A stretch of 64,000 nt of DNA from Podarcis melisellensis (taxonomy: Eukaryota): NCBI GenBank assembly GCA_964234715.1, contig OZ174276.1. The stretch is one strand, 5' to 3'. A program made the translations under genes and the position numbers. Positions within the stretch are counted from its first letter, which is position 1, and each line of letters starts with the position of its first letter. Below, in pieces: positions 21,348 through 32,100 of this stretch. Under the pieces are notes generated by a model that was given only the letters and a program-made list of their open reading frames with translations, had not been told where the DNA came from and searched no databases.

Positions 21348-24300
21348 AATACTAAGTTATATCCACGGCTTTTCAGTATTTCTCAACAGGGAAACAGTCT
21401 GAACACCTTAAATTTCAACAACAGGGGGGACGTTTCTCATGGAAGTAAAAAACCCCCAACTGTTTGTACTTCACTTTTTGGTTTTCAGAATAATGTGAAT
21501 CAGCAGTGAATCCTATTGCAGAACTGGTTGGCTGTTCATTTAATGAGCTTCCTAAATAAATTCTCAGAACTTAAAAAGTAAACACACAAACACACATTCT
21601 AAATACCTATTCTAAAACAAAACCTTAAAACAATGCACTATAAAACTACAGCCAAGAATTAAGGTCCATGCATACACAATGTAGTCTAATGTCTGTTTAA
21701 TGCATTAAGCCCTCTAAGGACAAACAGGGTTTGCTGCCACTCTGTCTTAAGCACTGCTTGGACTCCTTCAGGTTTCCCCCTTCATGACTCCAGCTTGCTA
21801 TGCGTGCCCTTTTATTCCATCTGGCCAAAACCCTCTAAACCAATCACAATTTACTATCTGGCAACTTGACAATTCCATTGGCCTATACCTATGCGCCAAT
21901 TAAGCACAGATAGAATGCTCCCTCAAGGACCTATTACTGCCTGACTTTTGCACTGCTTTTTGATTCTGTTGGCCAGTGCTAAAGCAAATGGGCATACCTG
22001 TAGACCTCCAAATAAAAATAGTTGCTACTGTAAATGCTGCTGTTTCTTGGCAGGCTGCCAACTGTCGGGCTCATAAATATAATGTGTCTTTCAGACCTCA
22101 GTAAATTGCTACCTTTTACCTGGTTACTGCCTTATGGGAAAGCTGTGGTGCTCAATCAAGTGCTGACTGCATGGTGGGTTTTTCAATCGTTGCTGTGTTT
22201 TATTACGATTATCACTTTAAGTGGAAAACATGTATGTGACTGATGGTGTTTTGGATTCTACAATATTCTCCTTGATGTTGTTGTTGCTTTGCCTTGCTTC
22301 CCTTAGTGATGAACTTTATCAACTTGAACTTGGCCTAGGTAATGGAAAAACATTTGCTCTCACAGAAATTTGGCTGAAAATTTAGCAGCCTGTGGTATAA
22401 AGCTTTGCAAGCTTGGAAGTTCGTTTTAGTGATACTGAGTGATGGCTAAATCCTCTGAGATGTTGAGTGGAGATGGGTCCTAGCACTGTGTATGAATAAG
22501 GTCAAGGTTCAGGGCCTGATGTCTCCAGTTAAAATAATTTCTGGCACCTGAGATTCAAAGGCCTCTGCTGAAGATTTGGAGTTCTGCTGTCAGTCAGAGT
22601 AAAAAGTACTGGATGAGGTTGATCTATGAACTGCTTCAGGAGAAGCAAATTCCTTGAATCAGCCCTGAAAATTGAGAAATCTTTCTCATACTAGTGAAAG
22701 TATGTGAGCAATCTCACTGGAGATTTCCTATTCAAACATCATATTTCATTGGATCTGATTAGCTACCAGCTTTTTGAAAGAGAGAGCAGTTCACTTAGCT
22801 GTGCCAAAAAACAAGTTTGATGTGAAAAGATAATATGCAGGCTATTTTAAATTTTTATTTGCCCCTAAATATGTTAATCAGCATCATTTCTCACACGCAC
22901 ACACACTTTTTTTTAAACTGTATTTCTGCCATGGGTGTAAATAAGATCCTATCCAGGGATGGGAGCTTATTTAGAATAGAAATCTAAGTTTGTCCTCTAA
23001 ACTGCGGAAGATTATACATTTATTCCTTTGCCTTAAATGACTCGAGTTAGAATGTGCATGAAATGTTACTGGCTTTGACAGCTGTTATGTCCTGCTTTGA
23101 TCTCCAATCTTAATTTATTTAGGGCTTGATATGGAGGGCTACTTACTTTACACACACACACCCCACTTAAATTAATTGAGAGTGGAATGGAGAGATTCTG
23201 ATTTGCTCTCTGTGGTATCAGAAAGTTAAAAGTCCCCATGGAATGTCCTGCCTTGTCCTACATACAGTTGTACCACAGGTACTTAGAACCAGATCTTAAG
23301 ATGGCAGACAGAACAAAAAGGTTTTAACCTGGTGCCAAAAGACAGCTGTGAGGGCGTCAGGCAAGCTCCCCTAGGAAGAGCATTCTACACTCTGCCTCTC
23401 TCTCATGGCCACCTTCTGAGCTTCATATGCAGGGGGAATGTGGAGAAGGTACACATGGGGAAGGTAGTATTCCATAAGAATATCTGATACATGTCATGGT
23501 CTGAATGCTACAGTGCAAATAAGTGATTCTATCCTTTTTGGTCCTGAGCATCTGACAGTGGGAGGGAAGACACATAGACAGAGCATAATGTATACATGTG
23601 GGAAAATATATTAACTGCTCTATATTCCAGTAAAGTCATCAGGAAGATCAAGAATTTGCCTCCACATGATGGTCAAATGAGCCAACCAGTACACAAAGAC
23701 TTCTTAGGCTGTAATCCTAACTCCAATTACTTGGGAGTCAGTCTCATTGAATTCAACAGGACTGACTTCTGAGTAGGCATGGTTGGGATTGCCTTGTGAG
23801 TTGTGAAGATGGTTTCAATAATTTGGGAGGAACAATTTTATCTTTCTCTATTCTTTGAATAGAAGACTGTGGTGAGGGTCCTCTGGGCCATAGTCAGGAC
23901 AGCTGAAGGACCTGAAAAAAATCTCTGGGCCATATGTTTGACACATCCTTTCTTTCTGTCAGAGAAAGAAATACACTCCAAATGTATGCTGAATAAGTGG
24001 GATCTCCCATTTCTTGAATCCCTGTCCTAGGTGCTGGAAGAGATGCTGTGTTTAGTTATGTTAAATGATATCACCACTTCACATTTTTATACTGGCTTTT
24101 AGAGTGTTTCAAAAGGCTTTATATATTTTATCTCAGTTACTAATTACACATCTTATTCTCATATTCATGATCAGTTCCAAGGTGAAGGGTGGAAGAGGAT
24201 TTTGAGCGAAAACAGGTGGTGATAGAAGAATAAACTAACTTTATCTCCAAAAGTGACCCTTATTTCGGAGACTCACATTTCCTTGTTGTAATCCACCACA

Positions 24301-24932
24301 GCTACACACAGAAGGTTGAGATGAAAGTACAGGACTGTGGTTTCTTTGCCCAAAAAAATCAGTACAGCTTATCGAAGAACTGTGTGGTCACCAGGTTATC
24401 AACAGCCACTAGCCCTTGGCTCTGAGATTATTGTGGTTTTTAATAAATTCAGAGCACCTTGTGCAAAAGAGCCCCCACTAATTTCACCTTCTTCATGAGT
24501 GACATTCAAGGCTCTTGTGGCTAGTGTGCACTATGAGTATTCCGCTGCTGCATTGAACCAAGCACTAGAATTGCAATAGTCCGTGCGGGGAGTCTTGCAC
24601 TGAGATGTGACCTCAGTCCCAGGCCTGTTACCATAGCTGTTAATAGCAGATCTTAGTGGGGATTAATAGCAGGACAACAAGAGGGGATTTTGTGAATTTT
24701 TATGACTTGTACTTCAAGCCAGGAAGCGTAAGCACCCACCATCTATTTCACAATGATGAGGATCTCCCTGCCCTAACCACATTTGAGCACATTACATATT
24801 AGCATCAATTCCATATGGATACCTATCTGGACATTTGAATGCCTTGTATCAATTGATATTTTAAAATAAGTTCTATATACTGATGGTTATTGTACAGTAA
24901 GCCCGTGAACTATGCCCATTTAACTTGTGCAC

Positions 24933-25839
24933 ATTTGTAAAGAAACCAGAGGCTTTCCTTTTAGGGATTACAGGGAAGGAAATAAGAAGAAAGGACTGTA
25001 AACTTTTCCAATATACAGTCACAGAAGCAAGAATTTTATTGGCCCAGAAATGGAAGCAAGAGGAAATACTGACGTTAGAAGGATGGAGAATGAAATTGAC
25101 AGACTATGCAGAGTTGGACAAATTAACCGGGAAAATCAGATATCTTCGAGACTAAGGGAGCTGGGCATGTTTAGCCTGGAGAAGAGGAGGTTAAGGGGTG
25201 ATATGATAGCCATGTTCAAATATATAAAAGGATGTCACATAGAGGAGGGAGAAAGGTTGTTTTCTGCTGCTCCAGAGAAGCAGACACGGAGCAATGGATC
25301 CAAACTACAAGAAAGAAGAGTCCACCAAAGCATTAGGAAGAACTTCCTGACAGTAAGAGCTGTTCGACAGTGGAATTTGCTGCCAAGGAGTGTGGTGGAG
25401 TCTCCTTCTTTGGAGGTCTTTAAGCAGAGGCTTGACAACCATATGTCAGGAGTGCTCGGATGGTGTTTCCTGCTTGGCAGGGGGTTGGACTCGATGGCCC
25501 TTGTGGTCTCTTCCAACTCTATGATTCTATGATTCTATGAGACCAAAAGTTTATCGAAGACCGGGGGAAATTTGCAGATTATCTGAAAAGTATATGTGAT
25601 GTGCAAACAACACTAGTGGGGTTTCAAGAAGCACTGTGAATTTTAAGATGTATTGTTAAGAAGAAATAGAAGTGGGAGGGAAGTCCAATGGCAATACAAA
25701 ATATGGGGAATGCGTAATTGAGAGATTGATATGGATGATTGTCAGAGAAGCTGAAGGAAGTCCAAAAAGAGATAATTTGTTAAAATTTGGATAAAATTGT
25801 ATATTTGTGTGGAAAACTAATAAAAATTATTTTAAAGAA
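24933..25839 (+). mobile_element. 5'-truncated L1-clade LINE with 11-bp TSD, split by a CR1
   Basis: ORF2 C-terminus KKPEAFLLG...ARILLAQKWK...YLRD|QKFIED reads across the CR1. AATAAA and A-rich end. TSD AACTTGTGCAC at 24922-24932 and 25840-25850. Confidence 0.8.
25153..25540 (+). mobile_element. Young 5'-truncated CR1 LINE
   Basis: LRELGMFSLEKRRLRGDMIAMFKY...WNLLPRSVVESPSLEVFKQRLD with (ATTCTATG)n tail. Confidence 0.92.
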
Positions 25840-26443
25840 AACTTGTGCACTTCAGCTTTATGCACTTGGCAAAATAATGTTTAATAAATTAAAAGGGGGG
25901 CAGAAAGAGGGTGGACATCTGGGGGGGGAGACTTTGGCAATCCCACCCACCATGGCACCCAACGTGTTTTGACGATTCAGGATTTTGGCTTTAGGTGCCA
26001 TCCCCGGAAGGAACCCCCTGTGTAAGTTGTGAGCTTATTGTATTATCAATGTCAGCTGGGGGAAGGGTTTCCCTTTTCTTTAATTTTTCACCATCCTTCT
26101 TTTTTTAAAATTTGTTATAAAAATTAAGTTTTTAATAAAAATAACAGCCAGCATCAGAACTGACACACAGCAGTGCCGCAAGGGACACTCATGAGTGGGC
26201 AAGGAGGTGTAACCCACTGCAGATAGAAGAGTCTTTCATTTTAGGGACATAGCAACTATTTATGCTTCCTTTGCCTTGCCGGGCAGTGCTCTCCAGGGTC
26301 TCAAACAGAAGTCTTCCTCGCCACTCTATTGTGGCAGCACTGGGGATTCAGCCTGGGACCTTTAGCATACGAACTTTGTGCTCTGCCACGGAGACATAAT
26401 CCCACCCTGCAGGTAGGTAGGTAGAATTGGGCTGCTATCTGCC

Positions 26444-26589
26444 CAGTGGCGTAGCGTGGAGGGTGCAGGGGGGGCGGCCGCACCGGGCGCAACAGCTGGA
26501 GGTTAGGGTTAGGGGGTGCAAATCCACGGGTTAGGGGGCGCAAATTACTTGCCTTGCCCCGGGTGCTGACAACCCATGCTACGCCACTG
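26444..26589. mobile_element. hAT MITE containing TTAGGG repeats, copy 1
   Basis: TIR CAGTGGCGTAGC/GCTACGCCACTG, perfect 8-bp TSD TATCTGCC, internal GGTTAGGGTTAGGG and GGGTTAGGG. Confidence 0.9.
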
Positions 26590-28869
26590 TATCTGCCTGC
26601 TCCACTATAAGCCTGCACAACACTATTCTCTGCTTTGCGAAAAGGTTGTCGCATGGAAGGTTTGAGACAAAGAAAACACCATCGGTAATCCAGTCTGTCG
26701 ACAAGGTAGGAATTTTGAATATCAGGTAATATGCAAGCTGACACCACCCAATGGGAACAAATTGCTTTCCCAAATGTATTTCTTTTTTGTTTCAGAGTCC
26801 TACTGAGAACCCATTAATTTTCATCAACCACAGTTCTGCAAATCTCACATTAATAACTCTCCCAAAGTGACTTGTTCCACTAATAACTTTTCTCAGGGAG
26901 TCTTTCAGCATGTGTCTCAGAATACAAGCTTAGCAGGTAGAAAACAATAATTGTATCCAGCTGCGCAGTCACTTATTTTTTGTTGTGTGGCTCTTGAAAT
27001 AAAAGAGCAATGGGGAGAACCTTTTAGAAGCCTGCATGTTCCCGGCAAAGGATGACCCCACCATGTGCAAAATGTCTGTATTTCAAAATGTATTGGTGCC
27101 TCATTGGCAACTAAATTACACTTCTGCCAACATTCATGAGCCTTCCCAAAATGATTTATAGCAAATGCATTTTGGATGCTTTCATGTTTTCTTTCACTTA
27201 AGTGATTTTATTTATAACACATGATTCATTGCATTTATTTGGTTACTGACATTTAGGCAACAGTCCTAACTTATTAAGTAGTAAGCCCTGTTGCAAACGT
27301 CAGGCTTACTTCTGAGTAAACACTTATAGGATTTTCACCTGTAGTAATAGGAAGAAATATCAATCTATCCCCAATTTTAAATCAATTGCCAAAAGTTTCT
27401 CAAGCTTCAGGCTGCTTTTAAGCAATAACTTATGGGGAGGATACACTGCTTTCCATAATATGTTTCAGATAGGTGTCATACAATACTTCTTGAACCAAAG
27501 GTAATGCATTTTATTGTGTGATTCTTTACAGGCCTGCTATGTTCCATTGAGGGTGGCATGTAACAATATTCCAAAGATGGCTGACAAGTTGATTCTGTTG
27601 GTAGGCTATCATCCCCAAGAACAGACATTGATATCTTTCTGCAGTTGTATACCAAGCACTGAAGATGACACACCTCTTGAAATGGCTCTGCTTCCTGGTA
27701 GCAGAGGATATAACATCAACAGTGACACAGTAAAATTTCCTAAGCCAGAGTGTTACATATTTAAATCTCTTGGCTGGATTCATCTGAGGAATGAAATTTG
27801 GGAGATGATAAAGCAAAGCAAAGAAGTCCTTCTTGAAAAAAGATCTATGTTAGCTATGGAGCTGCTCTAAGTTCTGCAGGTTTCTTCACTGACCTTGGTA
27901 TCTGTCACCTTAGTCATCCTTCTGTAGTGGCAGCCCCAAATCTTTTTCAACCCATGCTCCACCTTTAGCTCAAATATGTGTTTGGGGATCCACTTCTTTA
28001 TTTATTTTTACCATGTAGATGTATGGTATACTGGGAGTTCACTGAGTGATTTGCAATAGAGAGGAAATCTGGAGTAATAATTCCTGCTAAACAATAACAG
28101 CAAGAAAACCTTTCCCCAAATTAGGCAGCTGAGATGAAGAAAGCTTGGTATGGGGCTGGGAACCTGAATGGGCTGTGAGCTCAGTTCTGTTACTGGGGGG
28201 AAATTGAGGGTTGAGTGTGTGTGTGTTTGTAAGCACCCTGTTTCTAAAAGTGTGTTGCTTCCCTCACCAAACCATGATTTTGCATCTGGCTCTGCTTGAT
28301 GGATCTAAGGGTTCAATAAAAACTAACCAATCAAACAAACAAACAAACAAACAAACAAACAAACAAACAATCAGATACTGCAGTCCTGAAGTCTATCTGC
28401 CCCATCTCTATCAGGTAGGTCATATCTACAAAAAGTATAGGAAAAGCTCAATAATGATTGTGGTGCAGGTGAAGCACTACTCACACTTCTTCAGTTCCTT
28501 CTAAGAAGGTGCAAGGGCAATCTGAGTCTAGTTTTCCATGACACAGCTGATGGCAAAGATTTTATTCAGCACATTCCTCTCCGAGTACTGCATTTTTATT
28601 AGTTCTGTTATCATTTGACTCAAAGCACATTGTTCAATATTGATTCCCCCCCCCCGCCCCGATACCCAAGGAAACAAATGGAAACACATGAAAATAAAGA
28701 TACTCAATGAACACACAAATGAGAATCCTGGGTTGATTTGTGTTGTGTAAAAAGGTACCTATGGGAGTGGGTGCAGGCATTTTGCTCCATGAAGGAATAT
28801 ATGTAGTCCTGTCTCAGACAGAGACAAGAGCAGGTAATATCCATCCCTTCCGTTTTCAGAAGTTTAGTA

Positions 28870-29089
28870 CAGTTGTATCTTGGATCCCAAATGCCTTGGT
28901 ACTTGGACGTTTAGGTTCCCAAACGCCGCAAACCCAGAAGTGAGTGTTTGAGAACGTTCTTTGGAACCCGGATGTCCGACTGGGCTTCTGCGGCATCCAA
29001 TGGGCTTCTGCGGCATCCAATTTCTGAACATTTTGGAAAGTCAAACAGACTTCTGTAATGGATTCCGTTTGACTTCCATGATACAACTG
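28870..29089. mobile_element. Second Tc1/mariner (Tigger-like) MITE family
   Basis: TIR CAGTTGTATC/GATACAACTG, TA-flanked. Internal 20-bp tandem duplication at 28981-29020. Confidence 0.75.
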
Positions 29090-29682
29090 TATCTAATTCC
29101 TGTCCCTAACAAGAGAAAACATGCCATTCTAGTTTTCTAAATGCAGGGCTTGTTGATGTTCTTTTAACTGGGGCAGAAGCATTTAAAATATGCAGCCTCT
29201 CACCTGCGTTTTGAAGTACTACTGACTTTAAAGGCTATGCCGCTACAACATCTTTGAAGGCAGAGTGCGGCTCTAACTCCTCAAGTGCCTACCATCTGTT
29301 TGACCTTCATACTACACAGACATCTGTGGTACTCTGGTTTAAATAATAATGTTGCTCTCCATCTCTAGAGACTAAGAGCATTTTTCCATTCACTAACACT
29401 AACAACACCTTTGAGCCTCTGTTTTGCTATTTGTGGACACGTGAGAATGTTTTTTGAAAAGCGGCATTAGAAAACAGGAAAGAAAAAAATATATGTACAG
29501 TATAGATTTTACATTCACATAAAAGATATGTGGGGGGCGCATTCTTGATCATTGCCTTTGTCTTGGAACATGATACAATAAGGATTTTGCCACTGTGGAT
29601 TACAGAGAAACCAGTGCTCTGACCCTGGTTTAAGAGATAAAGAGACCGAGGAACTTCTACACTGCAGTTTGTTTGACTGAAC

Positions 29683-29890
29683 TTATATCCTACCTTTCCT
29701 GCAATGAGCTCAAGGTGGAGTATTTGGTTTTCTTCCTTCTTATTTTATTCTCACAACAACCCTGTGAGGTAGGTTAGGCTGAGAAACAGACTGGTCCAAA
29801 GTCACCCAGTGAGCTTCATGGCTGAGTAGAAATTTGAACCCTGGTCTCCCAAGTCCTGGTCCAGAACTCTAACCACTACACCACCCCGGT
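29683..29890 (-). mobile_element. MIR/Squam3-like CORE-SINE
   Basis: ctcacaacaaccctgtgaggtaggttaggctgaga...gtcacccagtgagcttcatggctgag...tttgaaccctggtctcc...ctctaaccactacacc. Fragments also at about 41112-41210(-) and 46660-46765(+). Confidence 0.8.
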
Positions 29891-30556
29891 TCACTGGCCT
29901 TTGGTTGCTATTGCAATCTTTTAATGGCACACAAAGGTTTTTCATATGTTACACTGAATAGCTATTCCAAGTATGTTTCATTGTCCCCTTTCTGGGTAGC
30001 TTTTGCTGAACCCTGAGAGATTAATCTCCAGAGAGACTATTGGGGTTGCTAAAATTTAATAATGAATAACTCAAATCTGTTTTCTCCAGATGCTGCCCAA
30101 AGAAGACCATGAACAATATGCAGGATTCTTATCAAATTCTCAGTGATCAGACATACTTACAGATTCAGGGCTGATGACAGGAATTCAGCTCCCATGTGAC
30201 AGCCTCCTTGAGCTCTTTATCTTCAACCTTTCCTGACTCAGAACCCACCTTTGCCCAAATATGCATTTAGGGATCCATTTCTTGATTTTTATTTATTTTT
30301 ACCATATATTTGTATGATAAAAGTGCTGTTACAGTAGCATGACTCACCTTAGGTGCTTTCTACCGAACCATTTGAAGTGAAGTCCAACTTGCTTTATGTA
30401 TTGCATTTTTATTGTTTGCTGGTTTATTGCTTAGTTTAAAACAACAGCAACACAGTACATATAAACATGAAAAATATGCAACAAAAATGTAACAAAATGT
30501 TGCACATAATAATAAAAAAATCCAAGTATCATTTGGGTGCATTTGCCAATACAGTA

Positions 30557-30790
30557 CAGTGGTAATTTGGGTTACATATGCTTCAGCTTACATACGCTTC
30601 AGGTTACAGACTCCGCTAACCCAGAAATAGTGCTTTAGGTTAAGAACTTTGCTTCAGGATGAGAACAGAAATCGTGCTCCGGTGGCGCAGCAGCAGCAGG
30701 AGGCCCCATTAGCTAAAGTGGTGCTTCAGGTTAAGAACAGTTTCAGGTTAAGAACAGACCTCTGGAATGAATTAACCCGAGGTACCACTG
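30557..30790. mobile_element. Tc1/mariner MITE, copy 3
   Basis: Same family, opposite orientation to copies 1 and 2. TA-flanked. Confidence 0.85.
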
Positions 30791-31049
30791 TATTGGCTCA
30801 CTCCGCAGCAGCTGGCCTGGCTTTGTAATGTCCGAGACCAGTTGTAGAGACCCCAAAGCATATATTTGACCACTGCAGTCTTAGGAGGCAGTAGCCTCTG
30901 GCAGCTAATTGTGGGCGTCAGGAAAGCGCAACAAACTGGCTCCCTAATGCATCATTACAGTATTTTTATTCTCAGGGAGAAATGCTTTGTGGGGTCTTTT
31001 ATTTTTTTCATGTCTGAGGTGCCAGGAGAGCAGCTATTTGGTAACTGAA

Positions 31050-32100
31050 CTTGAAGGGGAGGCGAGAGCGTTTGCTGCTTCGCCTCGTGCCTGGGGCCTG
31101 CTCTGAGGCGACTCCCAGCCTCTTTGCCTGTAAAGCGCCTGGCTTCTTTTGACCTTTGCCCTCCTGCAAGGCGGACTAGCGGCGCCTTCTTGGGCCTCCC
31201 GCTGCCTGCCTCCTGCGCCTCAGCCGGACTCCCCATGGGGGGCGGCGGGCCAAGGCGAGGACGGGGGAGAGAAAGGAGGGCCGAGAGCTGAGCGTCGATG
31301 TCTGCCGCCTTGTACGCATGCACCGCGGCGGCAGCACGCGCGAGCCTGGCATCCTCTTAGCGCCGCCAAGCCGGGACGCGGCCTCGCCTTCTCCAAGAGG
31401 AGCCGGTGCAAAGAAGGGCGGCGGGTGCGCGGCTAAAAATAACCTCCTCCTCTGCTGCTGCTGCGGGCGGGCGGGCGGGCGGGCTTGCGCCTGGGAGCAG
31501 CGAGAGCCAGCCAGTCCCCGTCGCCGCTGCCTCCACTGCTGCTGCTCCCTCAGTCACTGCAGTGAGTTTGCTGCAGTCCCCCCCTCAAGCTGCGCTCTCG
31601 CTTCAGGCCGCCCATGCTGCAGCCGGCTCCAGCAGGCATGCTCACCTTCTTCCTCGTGTCTGGTGGCTCCATCTGGCTCTTCGTGGGTAAGTCAGCCTCG
31701 GCGCTCGCTCGCTCGCTCGCTCCCCTCCCCGCCATCCCGCTCCTTCGCTTTCCTACGGCTTCTCTCCCCCCCTCCCCACCTATCACGGGCGCCGCTTCCC
31801 TGCGAGGGAAAACGGAACAAAAGCGGAAAGAGACGGCGGGTGTGCGCGGGGAGGCTCCTTTTTGGAAATGACCTCGATCCAACCCCGCACACCTCTCCCG
31901 GCCTCCATGGAAGCGGCTCGTCGGCGCGTCCCGCTGCTGCTTTGAGCTGCTGCTTCTCTCGGATCTCCTGGACATGAGCGCCGTCGTTGGGATGCGTTTC
32001 CCCCCAGACCCTCCGGAAGGACCAGGGCAGGAGAAGAGGAAGGCTGCGAGGGATGCTGCTGCCTTCGATGTCATCCTTCTGCGGTATTGGGCCCTATTGT
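31050..32100. promoter_or_regulatory. ACSL6: CpG island / ACSL6 promoter
   Basis: Abrupt GC- and CpG-rich block with GC boxes, an NRF1-like ACGCATGCAC (about 31314) and MEF2 consensus CTAAAAATAA (31433-31442). Confidence 0.85.
31638..31686 (+). CDS. ACSL6: First coding exon of long-chain acyl-CoA synthetase 6
   Basis: Encodes MLTFFLVSGGSIWLFV+G, then donor G|GTAAGT. The human ACSL6 long isoform begins MLTFFLVSGGSLWLFVE (from recall). Neighbouring cytokine gene fits the synteny. Confidence 0.92.

Noticed and set aside
27514-27870. 118-aa plus-strand ORF with an acceptor-like site
   Set aside because: No recognisable protein features and no linked exons.
30955-32074. Several long ORFs on both strands
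   Set aside because: Expected by chance in a GC-rich CpG island. Only the 49-nt ACSL6 exon is supported.
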